A stretch of DNA of 64,000 nucleotides from an uncultured Gemmatimonadaceae bacterium (GTDB lineage: Bacteria; Gemmatimonadota; Gemmatimonadetes; Gemmatimonadales; Gemmatimonadaceae). This document shows positions 47,744-58,542 of this stretch, one piece after another. Location of the stretch: contig CAWAGQ010000008.1 in the NCBI GenBank assembly GCA_963781585.1, forward strand, positions 160,001 through 224,000. Direction: 5' to 3'. Each line of letters begins with the position of its first letter. The stretch's first letter is position 1. A program made the translations under genes and the position numbers. The notes beneath the pieces are model-generated. The model saw only the letters and a program-made list of their open reading frames with translations. It ran no database searches and was not told the DNA's origin.

Positions 47744-50700
47744 ATGACCGGCACACCGGCCGTCCCGCGAATCAGCTGGGTCACCCGAAGCGCCGACGCG
47801 CTGCGCCGGCGCTTCGATGCCATCCCGTTCAAGCCGGTGGTCACGGTCGGAGTGCTCGGCGCGCTCGCCGCCGGAGCTGCCTGGCTCACGCAACATCAGG
47901 CGCGCGGCTCATGCGACGCGCTCCCGTTCTCCTTCATCGACTTCGAGCTCACGTTCTCCCGCCAGTCCTTCCTCGCCCTGCTCCACGCGGCCGAGCCGTG
48001 CGGTCCTGGTGCGGTGAACAGTCTGGTTTCTTCCGATCTCCTGTTCGCCCTCACCTACTCGGTGTTCCTGAGCGCCCTGTATCTCTGGGGCGAGCGCTTC
48101 AGGCGGTGTTCACCGAATAACGAGCCACTCGCCTGTTCGCCCTCGTTCTCCTCCTCGGCGTTGGTGATTCTTCCATTCGCCGTCGCCCTGCTGGACGGGG
48201 TCGCGGAAAACATCCCGCTGTGGGTCGCCGCCCACCCGCCGGATGCGCCGGGTGCGCCGCAGTGGCTGGTGGAGCTCGGCTCGATCGGCGCCGCGCTCAA
48301 GTGGACCACGCTCGGCATCTTCATCCTGGGATTCATGGGAATTATCGCGCGCGGGCCTCGCGGTCGTGTTCTCTGGCGGCTCCGCTACAGCGTGATCGCC
48401 GTCGCCGGCGGCGCCCTGGCGCTGCTGGCCGTGTCGCAGGGGCAGGACATGCTGCAGCGGCTCGTGGAAGGCCTCCATCCCCTTCCGCGCGTCGTCTTCG
48501 CGGTCGCCAGTCTCTTCGTGACCGCCATCGTGGTCTGGTACAGCGCCCGGGTGATCACGCTCGTGCGGTTGGCGCGCGAGTCCGGCAGCGATGCCCGGTA
48601 TCGCGACGCCGAAGCGCGCGCGATCGATCCCTGGGAGCGCTTCTTCGACATTCACCTGCCCCGAATGCTCGGGGTCGCCGTGCTGGTGCTGACCGGCGTC
48701 GCGTTTGCGAGAGCGGCGCTGGCGCCCGCTCGATTCGTCGGTGTGGCATTGCTCTCGTACTTCATTCCCACGGGAATCCACCTGGCGCGCCGCATCCAGT
48801 CTCTGCGCCGCCGATCACTCGACACCCCGGGGGATGGCGCCCCCGCTGCGGAGCGCACAGGCGCACCCGACCGGCCGCCCGAGACCACCCCGGCTTCTCC
48901 CCGCCGGCTGGACGCCGACCACCGGGACCGCGCGACCGAGCTCCGCAGCCGCGCCGGCATCGCTGCGGCCGGAGCAGCGTTAGGCGTGCTGGTGGTCTGG
49001 CCGAACCATCTCTGGCCCTGGAGCTGGCAGTACGAAGCACTCGATTTGATAACGCTGCGCCTCGGCGCCTGGTTCGCACTCATCGCCGCCTGGCTGCTGT
49101 ATTTCCTGGTCTACTACCGGCGCGATCTCCTGGCTCGCTTCCTTCCCCGCCCGGGCAGGGACGAGACGCTGCAGCGGCAGCTGGTGAATGGATACGCCAC
49201 CGACTACGTCCCCAGCTCGGTGAAGACGGTCACCGCGGTCGCGGCCGTGGTCAGCGCCATTCTGCTGGTGGCGGCCACCTCGGCGGCGGTGCCATTCGGC
49301 CGCACCCTCGGACCGTTGCCGGTGGTGGGACTTGCTGTCGCGAATGCGGTGTTCATCGGCAGCATCCTCGCCTACGCCGGACGCAGGTACCGTGTTCCGC
49401 TGGTACCGCTGTTCATCGCCCTCGCTGCGTTGTTCAGTCGGTGGAACGACAACCATGCGATGCGCAGGATCGCCGACAGTGCGCCGCCGGACACGGTGCA
49501 TCGCTCCGGTCATCTCCGCGCGCGCTTTGACGCGTGGTTGAGCGCGCGCGCCGCCGAAGACCCGGCCAACGACACGATCCCCGTGATCCTCGTGGCTGCC
49601 GCCGGTGGCGGCCTTCGCGCCGCCTACTGGACGGCGCTCACGCTCGCCACGCTGCAGGACCGCGATACCACCAATCGCTTCGCGCATCATGTCTTCGCCA
49701 TTTCCTCGGTCTCGGGCGGCAGCCTGGGCGGCGCGCTGTACACGGCGATGGTGCACGACATGCACGGCCGGCCGGCGAGCCTCTGCCTGGCAGGCGACAG
49801 CCTGCCCCATCGGATGATGCGGCCGCGCACTGCACCCGCGGCGCGTGTCGGACCCGCCGTACGCTGCGTGCACCGTTACATGAATGGCGACTTCCTTTCG
49901 CCGGTGCTGCTCAAGTTCGTCGCGCCCGACTTCGTTCAGGCCTTTCTCCCGGTCCCCATCGAGGCGCTCGACCGGGCGAGGGCGCTGGAGCAATCGTGGG
50001 AGCAGTCGTACGCGGATCTCACCCGGGATTCCACGTTCGCGCAGGGTTACCTCGCGCTCTATGCACAGGACAGTACCGAGACCCCGCTGTTGCTGCTCAA
50101 CACGACCCATGTGCAGACCGGCCGGCGATACGTGACCGCCCCCTTTGTGGACGATGGACTCTTTCTCGATGCGCGCAGCGTGCACCAGGCGCTGGGTGCG
50201 GATCTCCCTTTGTCCACGGCAGTCCACAACAGCGCACGCTTTCCGTTCGTGAGCCCGGCCGGACGCATCGAACGGGGCGATGGCCGGAGCTATGGCGCCC
50301 TGGTGGATGGCGGATACTTCGAGAACTCCGGCCTTACCACGCTGGCTGACGTCCGGCGCGAGGTCGATTCACTGCTGCGGGAGCACAGCGCCGCGGCCGG
50401 TGACGTGCTCGCCCCGGCGGCGAAGCGCGCGCGCGTGCTGGTGCTGTACCTCTGTAACGATCCGCTCGCCTGTCGGCGCGACCTCGCGGCCGACACGTCC
50501 TTCTCCACCGGTCGAAGCGTGGCGGCCGAGTGGCTGTCCCCCTTGCTCACACTCCTCAACACGCGGGATGCCCGAGGAACGCTTGCCCGGGCACAGATGG
50601 AGCATGGACGGGGGGAAGATTTCCTCCAGATCAACGTGTGCGACAGCATTCCCCTGGCGTCCGAACCGTCGTCACCCACCGAGGCGGAGCGGCTGAAGGT

Positions 50701-50884
50701 CGGACGCAACCGGGTGGTGAACCCGCCGCTGGGCTGGCTCCTGTCGCGCATGGCGCGTGACTGGATGGATTCATCCCTCGCCCCGGGCGCCATGCAGGAC
50801 ACCGCGCGATCGCCGGTGCTGAGCTGCCGGCGACGCAACGCGAATGAACTCGCGACGGTGCTGTCCCTGCTGAAGCGGGAGTAG
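47744..50884 (+). CDS. Multi-pass membrane protein with C-terminal patatin/cPLA2-like phospholipase domain
   Basis: AAAGGGLRAAYW, ISSVSGGSLG, LVDGGYFENSG; many hydrophobic segments N-terminally; GGAGG RBS. Confidence 0.8.
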   Translation: MTGTPAVPRISWVTRSADALRRRFDAIPFKPVVTVGVLGALAAGAAWLTQHQARGSCDALPFSFIDFELTFSRQSFLALLHAAEPCGPGAVNSLVSSDLLFALTYSVFLSALYLWGERFRRCSPNNEPLACSPSFSSSALVILPFAVALLDGVAENIPLWVAAHPPDAPGAPQWLVELGSIGAALKWTTLGIFILGFMGIIARGPRGRVLWRLRYSVIAVAGGALALLAVSQGQDMLQRLVEGLHPLPRVVFAVASLFVTAIVVWYSARVITLVRLARESGSDARYRDAEARAIDPWERFFDIHLPRMLGVAVLVLTGVAFARAALAPARFVGVALLSYFIPTGIHLARRIQSLRRRSLDTPGDGAPAAERTGAPDRPPETTPASPRRLDADHRDRATELRSRAGIAAAGAALGVLVVWPNHLWPWSWQYEALDLITLRLGAWFALIAAWLLYFLVYYRRDLLARFLPRPGRDETLQRQLVNGYATDYVPSSVKTVTAVAAVVSAILLVAATSAAVPFGRTLGPLPVVGLAVANAVFIGSILAYAGRRYRVPLVPLFIALAALFSRWNDNHAMRRIADSAPPDTVHRSGHLRARFDAWLSARAAEDPANDTIPVILVAAAGGGLRAAYWTALTLATLQDRDTTNRFAHHVFAISSVSGGSLGGALYTAMVHDMHGRPASLCLAGDSLPHRMMRPRTAPAARVGPAVRCVHRYMNGDFLSPVLLKFVAPDFVQAFLPVPIEALDRARALEQSWEQSYADLTRDSTFAQGYLALYAQDSTETPLLLLNTTHVQTGRRYVTAPFVDDGLFLDARSVHQALGADLPLSTAVHNSARFPFVSPAGRIERGDGRSYGALVDGGYFENSGLTTLADVRREVDSLLREHSAAAGDVLAPAAKRARVLVLYLCNDPLACRRDLAADTSFSTGRSVAAEWLSPLLTLLNTRDARGTLARAQMEHGRGEDFLQINVCDSIPLASEPSSPTEAERLKVGRNRVVNPPLGWLLSRMARDWMDSSLAPGAMQDTARSPVLSCRRRNANELATVLSLLKRE

Positions 50885-51013
50885 GGGGCGCTGACCGCTG
50901 ATAGCTGCACTTCAGTAATGGCGGCCCGCCCAGTCGCGCGTTAGCGTCAAACGAAGAGGCGTGCCGCCCGCCGACCGGCCTCCACCGTTCTTGAACGATC
51001 ATCCCCTGCATCC

Positions 51014-51436
51014 ATGCGTCGCCCCCGCGGCTTCACTCTGATCGAGCTGCTGATCGTTCTCGCCGTCATGTCGATTCTGGCCGCGATCGCCTTCGGGTCG
51101 TATCGCAACGCCAAGGCGAAAGCGTACATGGCGACGATGGAGGCTGACCTCAACCGTCTGCGCACCGCGGAGGAGAGCTGGTTCATCGAGAACCACGCTT
51201 ATTCGATGAGCACCACCACGCTCGGCTTCACGCCGTCGGCGGGGGTCAACATCGTCCTGGCCAGTTCCAACCCGGCCATGGGGTACGCCGCCATCGCGAC
51301 GGTGCCCTCGTTCGGCGCCGGACAGTGCGGATTGTTCGTCGGCGAAGAAGCGGTGACCTCCGCGTCGGGTACGACCGTGTGCACTCAGGAGACCACCGGG
51401 TCGCAGGGCGTCGGTGCATCGGGGGCGAAGAAGTGA
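51014..51436 (+). CDS. Type IV pilin-like protein (prepilin N-methyl-Phe cleavage site)
   Basis: RPRG/FTLIELLIVLAVMSILAAIA. Confidence 0.9.
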   Translation: MRRPRGFTLIELLIVLAVMSILAAIAFGSYRNAKAKAYMATMEADLNRLRTAEESWFIENHAYSMSTTTLGFTPSAGVNIVLASSNPAMGYAAIATVPSFGAGQCGLFVGEEAVTSASGTTVCTQETTGSQGVGASGAKK

Positions 51437-51523
51437 GACCACGCCTCTCCTCGGCGATGGCCGCCGCCCGCCGTACCGCCGCTGCGCGGCCTTGCGACGC
51501 GCGGCCTCACGCATAGCGGGAAC

Positions 51524-51865
51524 ATGGGGAGACGCCGCTCCGCCGCTGGTCCGGTTTCCCGGATGCCGAATCCGCTCGACCCCCTCGACGGCACCCCTGA
51601 CAGTACGCTCGACCTCCACGGACTCGGCGCGACCGAGGCTGCCGCCGCCTTCGAGCAGTTCGTGTTGCGGGAGCTGCAGCGCCTGCCGGGCGCCCTCCTC
51701 CATGTCATAACGGGGAAGGGACGCAACTCTCCCAACGGCCCGGTGCTGCAACGCGTCATCCGGCGCACCATCCTCGCCGACCGCACTCGCCGCATCGTCG
51801 CATGGAGCCGCGACGATGACGAAGGCGGCTACCTGGTGCGCCTCAGCCGCGGCCGCTCACGGTGA
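51524..51865 (+). CDS. Smr/MutS2 C-terminal domain protein
   Basis: TLDLHG...LHVITGKGRNS..GPVL...GGYLVRL. Confidence 0.88.
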   Translation: MGRRRSAAGPVSRMPNPLDPLDGTPDSTLDLHGLGATEAAAAFEQFVLRELQRLPGALLHVITGKGRNSPNGPVLQRVIRRTILADRTRRIVAWSRDDDEGGYLVRLSRGRSR

Positions 51866-51925
51866 GGGAGGCTGGCTGTCAGCAGATCCGTCCGCGGGTG
51901 GTCGAAATCCGGATCGGTCACTGAC

Positions 51926-53683
51926 GTGACCACCAAGGTCCGCGGTCTCCACCGATCCGTGCACCGGGTGAGGCCGGCACGCGCGATCAGCACACTGGCG
52001 CGCCTGACGATCGTGGCCGCGGTGCTGGTGGGGAGCGCGTGCACGCAATCGCGGTCGGGGCCGGATCTCGTGCTCCATCACGCCGTGGTACGCACCATGG
52101 ACGCCCGCCAGCCCCTGGCCGAGGCGGTGGCGATTGCCGACGGGCGCATCACGTTCGTCGGCTCCGACAGCGACGCCTTGAAGCTGGTGTCACGCAACAC
52201 ACGGGTCATCGATGCGGGGGGTCGCCTGCTGCTCCCCGGATTCATCGACACCCACGTCCATCCGGTGCAAGGGGGGCTGAGGCTGGGCGAGTGCGATCTG
52301 CACGACATCATGACGCGCGACTCGCTGGTCCGCGCGATCGTGGAATGCGCCCACCGAAATCCCACCGCCGCCTGGGTGCGGGGCGGCGGATTCGAGCTCC
52401 CGCTCTTCCTCGATGGGAATCCCTCGCGCCTGCTGCTCGACTCGCTCGTCCCCGACCGGCCGGCGTTTCTCACCTCCACCGACGAGCACAACGCCTGGGC
52501 GAACTCGCGCGCGTTGGCGCTCTCCGGCGTCACGCGTGACACGAAGGATCCGCCTAACGGGCGCATCGAGCGCGACGCCGCCGGGAATCCGTCGGGCACG
52601 CTGCGCGAGGCGGCCCAGGGTCTGGTCGCGAGCCACCTGCCCGCCTACACCGACGCCGACGACGATGCGGCGCTCGCGCAGGCCTTGGCGCTGGCCGGTC
52701 GGTTCGGCATCACCACCTGGCATGAGGCCAATGCCGACGATGCGATCCTCCGCGCCTACCATCGCGCCGACTCGTCAGGCACCCTCACCGTGCGGACGGT
52801 CGTCGCCCTCCACGTCGATCCCGAGTTCGGCACCAGGCAGATACCCGGCCTCGACTCCCTCCGGCGCCGGTACAGCACGCCGCTCGTGCAGGTGACGGCG
52901 GCCAAGATCTTCGTCGATGGCGTCATCGAGGGACACACCGCCGCGCTGCTCCAGCCGTATCTCGACCGACCCGGGTTTCGCGGTCAGCTCAAGGTGTCCC
53001 CCCCTCTGCTGGACACGCTCGTGCACGCCCTCGACTCCGCGGGATTCAAGGTGCACGTGCACGCCATCGGCGACCGGGCCATTCGCGTCACGCTCGACGC
53101 ATTCGAGAAACAGCACGCCATCGACGGCGGCGCCGGACCGCGCCACATCATCGCGCATCTTCAGCTGTTCGACCCCGCCGACATTCCGCGGCTCGCTGCG
53201 CTGGGCGTGGCCGGGTCGTTTCAGCCGCTCTGGGCGTTTCGCGACACGTACATGCGTGATCTCACCGAGCCGCGTCTCGGACCACGCCGCTCGCGATGGC
53301 AGTATCCCATCGCCAGCGTCGTGCGGACCGGCGCGATCGTCGCCGCGGGGAGCGACTGGCCCGTCACGTCGATGGATCCGCTCCAGGCGATTCAGGTGGC
53401 GGTCACTCGGCAGCGCCCCACCGATTCGACCGACGCACCGTTCTTCCCCGAGGAGCGCGTGGACGTTGCCACGGCCGTCGGTATGTACACCAGCGCGGCG
53501 GCGATGGCGGTCGATCAGGACTCGCTCACCGGGACGATCACGGTGGGCAAGGCCGCTGACCTCATCGTGCTGTCGGAGAATGTCTTCACCGAGTCCGTGT
53601 ATCGCATCGCGCGGACACACGTGGTCCTGACGCTGATGGGTGGGCGCGAGGTGTTTCGGGATTCGGTGCAGGTCCGCCCCTGA
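51926..53683 (+). CDS. Amidohydrolase 3 family (YtcJ-like) lipoprotein (start uncertain)
   Basis: LLPGFIDTHVH, KIFVDGV, HVHAIGDRA, IAHLQL, AGSDWPV, GTITVGKAAD. Confidence 0.9.
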   Translation: MTTKVRGLHRSVHRVRPARAISTLARLTIVAAVLVGSACTQSRSGPDLVLHHAVVRTMDARQPLAEAVAIADGRITFVGSDSDALKLVSRNTRVIDAGGRLLLPGFIDTHVHPVQGGLRLGECDLHDIMTRDSLVRAIVECAHRNPTAAWVRGGGFELPLFLDGNPSRLLLDSLVPDRPAFLTSTDEHNAWANSRALALSGVTRDTKDPPNGRIERDAAGNPSGTLREAAQGLVASHLPAYTDADDDAALAQALALAGRFGITTWHEANADDAILRAYHRADSSGTLTVRTVVALHVDPEFGTRQIPGLDSLRRRYSTPLVQVTAAKIFVDGVIEGHTAALLQPYLDRPGFRGQLKVSPPLLDTLVHALDSAGFKVHVHAIGDRAIRVTLDAFEKQHAIDGGAGPRHIIAHLQLFDPADIPRLAALGVAGSFQPLWAFRDTYMRDLTEPRLGPRRSRWQYPIASVVRTGAIVAAGSDWPVTSMDPLQAIQVAVTRQRPTDSTDAPFFPEERVDVATAVGMYTSAAAMAVDQDSLTGTITVGKAADLIVLSENVFTESVYRIARTHVVLTLMGGREVFRDSVQVRP

Positions 53684-53793
53684 GTCGGAAGTGACCGGAC
53701 GACGCGGGCCCCGTCGTGCGGGTGTCGCCGCTCGGGCGTGTCTGTAGCATTGACGTTCAGCGGCGATTCGCACGCGCCAGCCGAGAGGGACAC

Positions 53794-55311
53794 ATGAGAA
53801 CACTTGCGTTGAGTCGAGTCGCGGCGGCACGAGGCAGCTCTATGTCACACGCGATCGTCGCTGCGGCCGTGCTGCTTGCCGCGGCGGCCAAGGCCTCGGG
53901 CGCCCAGCTCATTACCCCAAAGACGGTGCCCGTTCGTCAGGCGCAGCAGTTCGAGATCTTCCCGTCCGATCGCGCGGGCATGGCCGGCGTCTCGATCGCT
54001 CTGGACGACACGGTGCTCGATCCGTTCGTGAATCCCGCGAAGAGCGTTCGCGCCTCCGCAGGACTGATCCAGATCTCCCCGTTTGTCCATTCTGTCTCGC
54101 TCTCGGGGGGAGGGGGGCGCACCATCCCGCTCAGCGCCTTCGCATCATCTGGCGGGTGGTCGGGCGGGGGGCTGTTTTCGCTGCAGGAGCTGGACCGGCC
54201 CACGCAGAACGTCGGCGCCCCGCTGAGCGAGCAGCACGGGACCAACGAATACCTGGCCGGGACCGTGTCGCGCCGGGTTTCACGTGGACTCTCCGTCGGC
54301 CTCGGCGTCTACTGGGCCGACCTGAGCGCGGTCGACGGCGTCGACAAGCTGTACAGCGGGAGCGACAGCCTGCGCGAGGCGGGCCACCAGCTCGATCTTC
54401 GGTTCGGTCTGCTCAGACAGTGGGGCGTTGGACGTTCGTTCGAGCTGCTGGTGCTCCGAAACACCTATGACATGCGCCACGATGTGCACTACCCGGCTCT
54501 CTATCAGTACACGCCGTGCTGCCCGGGGCCGCCCCCGGAGATCTTCCCGGAGCACGAAGAGCACAACGCGGACCGTACCAATACGTGGGGCGTGCACACG
54601 GCGTACTCGCAGCCGGTGGGCGCTCATGGCTGGCGTGTGGGCTGGTTGGTCACCATGAACAAGCTCACCCATCCCCGCATCCCCAACTACACGCTGGTGA
54701 GCCTGCCCCGCGATCCGGGCTTCACCAACGCCTTCAATGCCGGCGCCGGGATCGCCCGCCTCTCCGGCGGAACCACGTTAGGCATCGATGTGGTGTTCGA
54801 GCCGATGTGGAGTCACACCTGGGCAACCGCCGCGCACGACACCATGACCGCGGTGGACGGTATCATTCACGCGGGCGAACGGACGGTCGACAATCACTTC
54901 CGCTTTTCGAATACGCTGCTGCGGGTGGGGTTCGGGCAGGACATCCCTCTTGCCCCCGATTCCGCGACCACGTTCGGTCTCCAGGCCGGGCTCGGCCTCT
55001 ACTCCATCAGGTACCGTCTGAACCAGCAGAACTACGTGTCGTACGTCTCGCGAACCCAGGATGAGAACTGGATCGAGTGGACGCCCACCCTCGGCGCGCG
55101 CGTCCGCAGCCGGAATGTCGAGGTGGCGTATACGTTCAGCCTGACCTGCGGCCCCGATTGTGGCCGGAATCGCGAGTCCGTGTTCTACCTGCCGCCCGGT
55201 CCGCTCGAAGGAGATGGTGGCGGCGTCATCGCCGTGCCGAATGCACCGCTCACCTTCGACGGCGGCCGCGCCACCACGCATCGGATCACCGTCTCGTTCC
55301 GGATGCGCTGA
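53794..55311 (+). CDS. Probable outer-membrane beta-barrel protein of unknown function
   Basis: Signal peptide; AGMAGVSIALDD..DPFVNPA (reminiscent of FadL/PorV N-termini); amphipathic strands; C-terminal ITVSFRMR. Confidence 0.65.
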   Translation: MRTLALSRVAAARGSSMSHAIVAAAVLLAAAAKASGAQLITPKTVPVRQAQQFEIFPSDRAGMAGVSIALDDTVLDPFVNPAKSVRASAGLIQISPFVHSVSLSGGGGRTIPLSAFASSGGWSGGGLFSLQELDRPTQNVGAPLSEQHGTNEYLAGTVSRRVSRGLSVGLGVYWADLSAVDGVDKLYSGSDSLREAGHQLDLRFGLLRQWGVGRSFELLVLRNTYDMRHDVHYPALYQYTPCCPGPPPEIFPEHEEHNADRTNTWGVHTAYSQPVGAHGWRVGWLVTMNKLTHPRIPNYTLVSLPRDPGFTNAFNAGAGIARLSGGTTLGIDVVFEPMWSHTWATAAHDTMTAVDGIIHAGERTVDNHFRFSNTLLRVGFGQDIPLAPDSATTFGLQAGLGLYSIRYRLNQQNYVSYVSRTQDENWIEWTPTLGARVRSRNVEVAYTFSLTCGPDCGRNRESVFYLPPGPLEGDGGGVIAVPNAPLTFDGGRATTHRITVSFRMR

Positions 55312-55404
55312 CGGGCGCAGGGGTGGCGAAGACCGGGCCGAAGCGAGCGACAATTCCTTCGCTGAAGCAAGACCTGGCCGCCTGACCAGGAGCGAGCGGA
55401 TCGG

Positions 55405-57546
55405 TTACCTCCCCGCTTTCCCTCCAATCGTCGCCTGGGTCTCGAGCCGGATCGGCAGCCGCCGCACGCGCGTTCCCGTCAGGCGGAAGATCGCGTTGGC
55501 CACCGCGGGAGCGATCTGCGGCACCCCGGGCTCGCCGGCTCCTCCGGGCTCTTCCTCGCTATCGACAAGGAAGATGTCGTACTCCGGCGCCTCGGTGATC
55601 CGCACCATCCGGTAGTCGTTGAAGTTCGCTTGCTTCACCCGTCCGTTCTCGATCGTGATCTCACCATACAGCGCCGCGGTGAGACCGCCGATGATTGCCC
55701 CCATCAGCTGCGCTTCGACGATTCCCGGGTGCATGACGCGGCCACAGTCGGCCACGCACCACACCTTGTGTACGCGCACGCGGTTGTTCTGTACCGAGAC
55801 CTCCGCGACTTCGGCGACGTACGAGCCATCCAGCTCGGCGATCGCCAGCCCGCGTGCCCGGCCGGCCGGCGCCGGGGTCTTCCATGCCGAGCGCTGCGCC
55901 GCCACCTCCAGCACGTGCTTCATCCGCGGTGCGCCCGACAGCAGTTCGAGCCGCACGTCGAGCGGGTCGCGATTGGCCGCATGGGCCAGCTCGTCCATGA
56001 AGCTCTCGATGAAGAACGCGTTCTGCGACGGACCCACCGACCGCCAGTAACCCACCGGCACCGCGATGTCTGGCTTGCTGTAATCGACGTGGAGGTTGGG
56101 AATGCCGTACGGCGTGTTCGAGATCGCGTCCACCGCGGGGCCGTCCACGCCGCCGCGTGCGCCGGAAATCGGCGGCGTGGCAACGCGTGCGCGCAGCGCC
56201 ACCACCTTCCCCTGACCGTCCACTCCGCCCTGGAACTCCACGTGGGCCGCCGGCCGGTACTGGTCGTGCTGCATGTCCTCCTCGCGTGTCCACAGCACCT
56301 GCACCGGTGCACCGATCTTCTTCGACGTCTCGACCGCGTCCTCGACGAAATCGGTCCGCGAGCGACGTCCCCATCCGCATCCCAGGTACTGCACGTGCAC
56401 CGTGACCTTGTCGATCGGCAGTCCGGTGATCTGCGCCGCCGCGCTCTGGCTGCCTTGCGGATTCTGTGTCGGCACCCAGATCTCGCACCGGTCGGCACGC
56501 ACATCGGCCGTGCAGTTCATCGGCTCCATGGTCGCATGGGCGAGATACGGCGCGAGGTAGGTAGCTTCGACACGGTGCGCTGCGCCCGACAGCGCCGAGT
56601 CGGCATTGCCTTCACTCCGCGCCTGCGCACCGGGCTGCTGGACGAGTTGCGCGAGATTGCTGAAGATGTCGTCGCTGTTCATCGCGAAGCCGCCGCTCTG
56701 CCACTGCACGCTCAGGGCGCGGGCGCCCTTGATGGCCGCCCAGGTGTTCTCGGCCACCACCGCCACACCCTGCGAGACCTGCACGACCTGCTTCACGCCG
56801 GGCACCGCGCGCGTCTTCGTGTCGTCGAACGACCGGACGGAATCGCCGAACACCGGCGGATGCACCACGGTGGCGAACAGCATGCCGGGAACGCGCGCGT
56901 CGATTCCGTAGGCGGCACGCCCGGAGACCTTCTCCTTCGTATCGACGAGTGGGATGCGCTTCCCAATGAGCTTGAAGTTCTTCGGATCCTTGAGCTGCGG
57001 CTGTGACGGCACCGCCATGGTCGACGCGGCGTCGGCGACCTCGCCGTATCCGACCGACCGCTTCGACGCGTCATGGAAGACACGGCCGTTTTCCGTGCGA
57101 CAATCGGACGCGTTCACACTCCACTTGGCGGCGGCGGCGGCGACCAGCATCGCCCGGGCGGTGGCACCCGCCTGACGAAGGCCCATCCACGCATTCCCGC
57201 GCACACTGGAGCTCCCGACCGTCATCATACGGCCGTATTTCCGTGGGTCCGCATCCGCCTGCAGGATGCGCACCCTGCTCCAGTCCGCGTCGAGCTCCTC
57301 GGCCACGATCATCGGCATCGCAGTCCGGACGCCCTGTCCCATATCGGAGCGCGCGGACCAGATCGTCACTGACCCGTCGGTATCGACCCGCACGAAGGCG
57401 TTAGGCTGAAGCGGCGCCGCGGTACGCCTACTGCGTTCCGGCCGTCGCGCCATATCGGGGAAATAGACGCCGAGGAACAGGCCGCCACCGGCGACCGCGC
57501 CCAGCCTGAGGAAATCGCGGCGGTCGAGCCTGGAGATCGTTGTCAT
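55405..57546 (-). CDS. iorB: Xanthine dehydrogenase family molybdopterin-binding subunit (isoquinoline 1-oxidoreductase beta-like), Tat substrate
   Basis: DRRDFLR Tat motif; RSDMGQG..IVAEEL; HATMEPMNC; WTREED; GYWRSV; GGAGEPG. Confidence 0.9.
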   Translation of the reverse strand: MTTISRLDRRDFLRLGAVAGGGLFLGVYFPDMARRPERSRRTAAPLQPNAFVRVDTDGSVTIWSARSDMGQGVRTAMPMIVAEELDADWSRVRILQADADPRKYGRMMTVGSSSVRGNAWMGLRQAGATARAMLVAAAAAKWSVNASDCRTENGRVFHDASKRSVGYGEVADAASTMAVPSQPQLKDPKNFKLIGKRIPLVDTKEKVSGRAAYGIDARVPGMLFATVVHPPVFGDSVRSFDDTKTRAVPGVKQVVQVSQGVAVVAENTWAAIKGARALSVQWQSGGFAMNSDDIFSNLAQLVQQPGAQARSEGNADSALSGAAHRVEATYLAPYLAHATMEPMNCTADVRADRCEIWVPTQNPQGSQSAAAQITGLPIDKVTVHVQYLGCGWGRRSRTDFVEDAVETSKKIGAPVQVLWTREEDMQHDQYRPAAHVEFQGGVDGQGKVVALRARVATPPISGARGGVDGPAVDAISNTPYGIPNLHVDYSKPDIAVPVGYWRSVGPSQNAFFIESFMDELAHAANRDPLDVRLELLSGAPRMKHVLEVAAQRSAWKTPAPAGRARGLAIAELDGSYVAEVAEVSVQNNRVRVHKVWCVADCGRVMHPGIVEAQLMGAIIGGLTAALYGEITIENGRVKQANFNDYRMVRITEAPEYDIFLVDSEEEPGGAGEPGVPQIAPAVANAIFRLTGTRVRRLPIRLETQATIGGKAGR

Positions 57547-57549
57547 CGC

Positions 57550-58008
57550 TTAGCCCTCCCGCACGGCACGGTGAATCGCGCGCCGGATCCGATCATAGGT
57601 ACCGCAGCGACAGATGTTGCCCGACATGGCACGATCGATGTCGGCATCGGTCGGACTCTTGTTCGCCGCCAGCAGCGCCGCGGCCGACATGATCTGTCCC
57701 GACTGGCAGTAGCCGCACTGCGAGACCTCCTCGGCGATCCAGGCCTTCTGGACCGCGTGCGTCACGTCGGACGACAGTCCTTCTATTGTAGTGATCGCGC
57801 GATCACCGACGTCGGACACCGGCGTGCGGCAGGAATGCACCGCCTTGCCGTCGAGGTGGACCGTGCAGGCGCCGCACTGTCCGATGCCGCAGCCGTACTT
57901 GGTGCCGGTGAGGCCGGCGGCGTCGCGGAGTACCCAGAGCAATGGCGTATCGGGCTCGACATTGAGCTGCTGGGAGCGCCCGTTGATGTGCAGGGTGATC
58001 GCTGCCAT
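57550..58008 (-). CDS. iorA: 2Fe-2S binding subunit (isoquinoline 1-oxidoreductase alpha-like)
   Basis: [32 protein letters not shown]. Confidence 0.93.
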   Translation of the reverse strand: MAAITLHINGRSQQLNVEPDTPLLWVLRDAAGLTGTKYGCGIGQCGACTVHLDGKAVHSCRTPVSDVGDRAITTIEGLSSDVTHAVQKAWIAEEVSQCGYCQSGQIMSAAALLAANKSPTDADIDRAMSGNICRCGTYDRIRRAIHRAVREG

Positions 58009-58039
58009 GTGTCTCTCCCTTTGAGACGGGATCAGATCT

Positions 58040-58542
58040 CCACGCTACATCGAGAGCGGCGTGAGGTCCAGAGCTGGAGATATTCGCCCGCTTTTGGACG
58101 TACTCACCCAGCGCGTCTACGACACCGACGTACAGGACGGCTACGACGTCGGCCACCCGGCGCAGGCCGCTATGGATGCCATCGCCGACACCCTCGTCGC
58201 CGTGGTCCTGAGCGACGCGTCGCTTTTCGGCGAGACGCACTGCGGTCCCTACTCTGAGATTGTCTTCCAAGCCAGAACAGGGTACGCCGTTATGCAGGTG
58301 CCGCCGAGCGCATGTATCGCATCGCGATGAGTGGCGTGGAATACGCCGCCAGTATGGTTGGAGGCCTGGAGGATTTGCCCGACACCACGCAAGCGCTCCA
58401 TTACCTGCGCCTCATTGCCACCTCGGACGCGCAGGTTGCGCACTGGGCTGTGCAGGGTCTCGGCACCGAGATGGGCCCCAGAGGCCTGAGTGTCGCCCGA
58501 GAACTGTTCGACCAGGACCTCGTGCACGAGCGGAACGCCTAG
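58040..58542 (+). pseudogene. Possible frameshifted remnant of an unknown gene
   Basis: Protein-like stretches in successive frames (RPLLDVLTQRVYD..MDAIADTLVAVVL / YAGAAERMYRIAMSG..ALHYLRLIATS) with no intact ORF. Confidence 0.3.
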
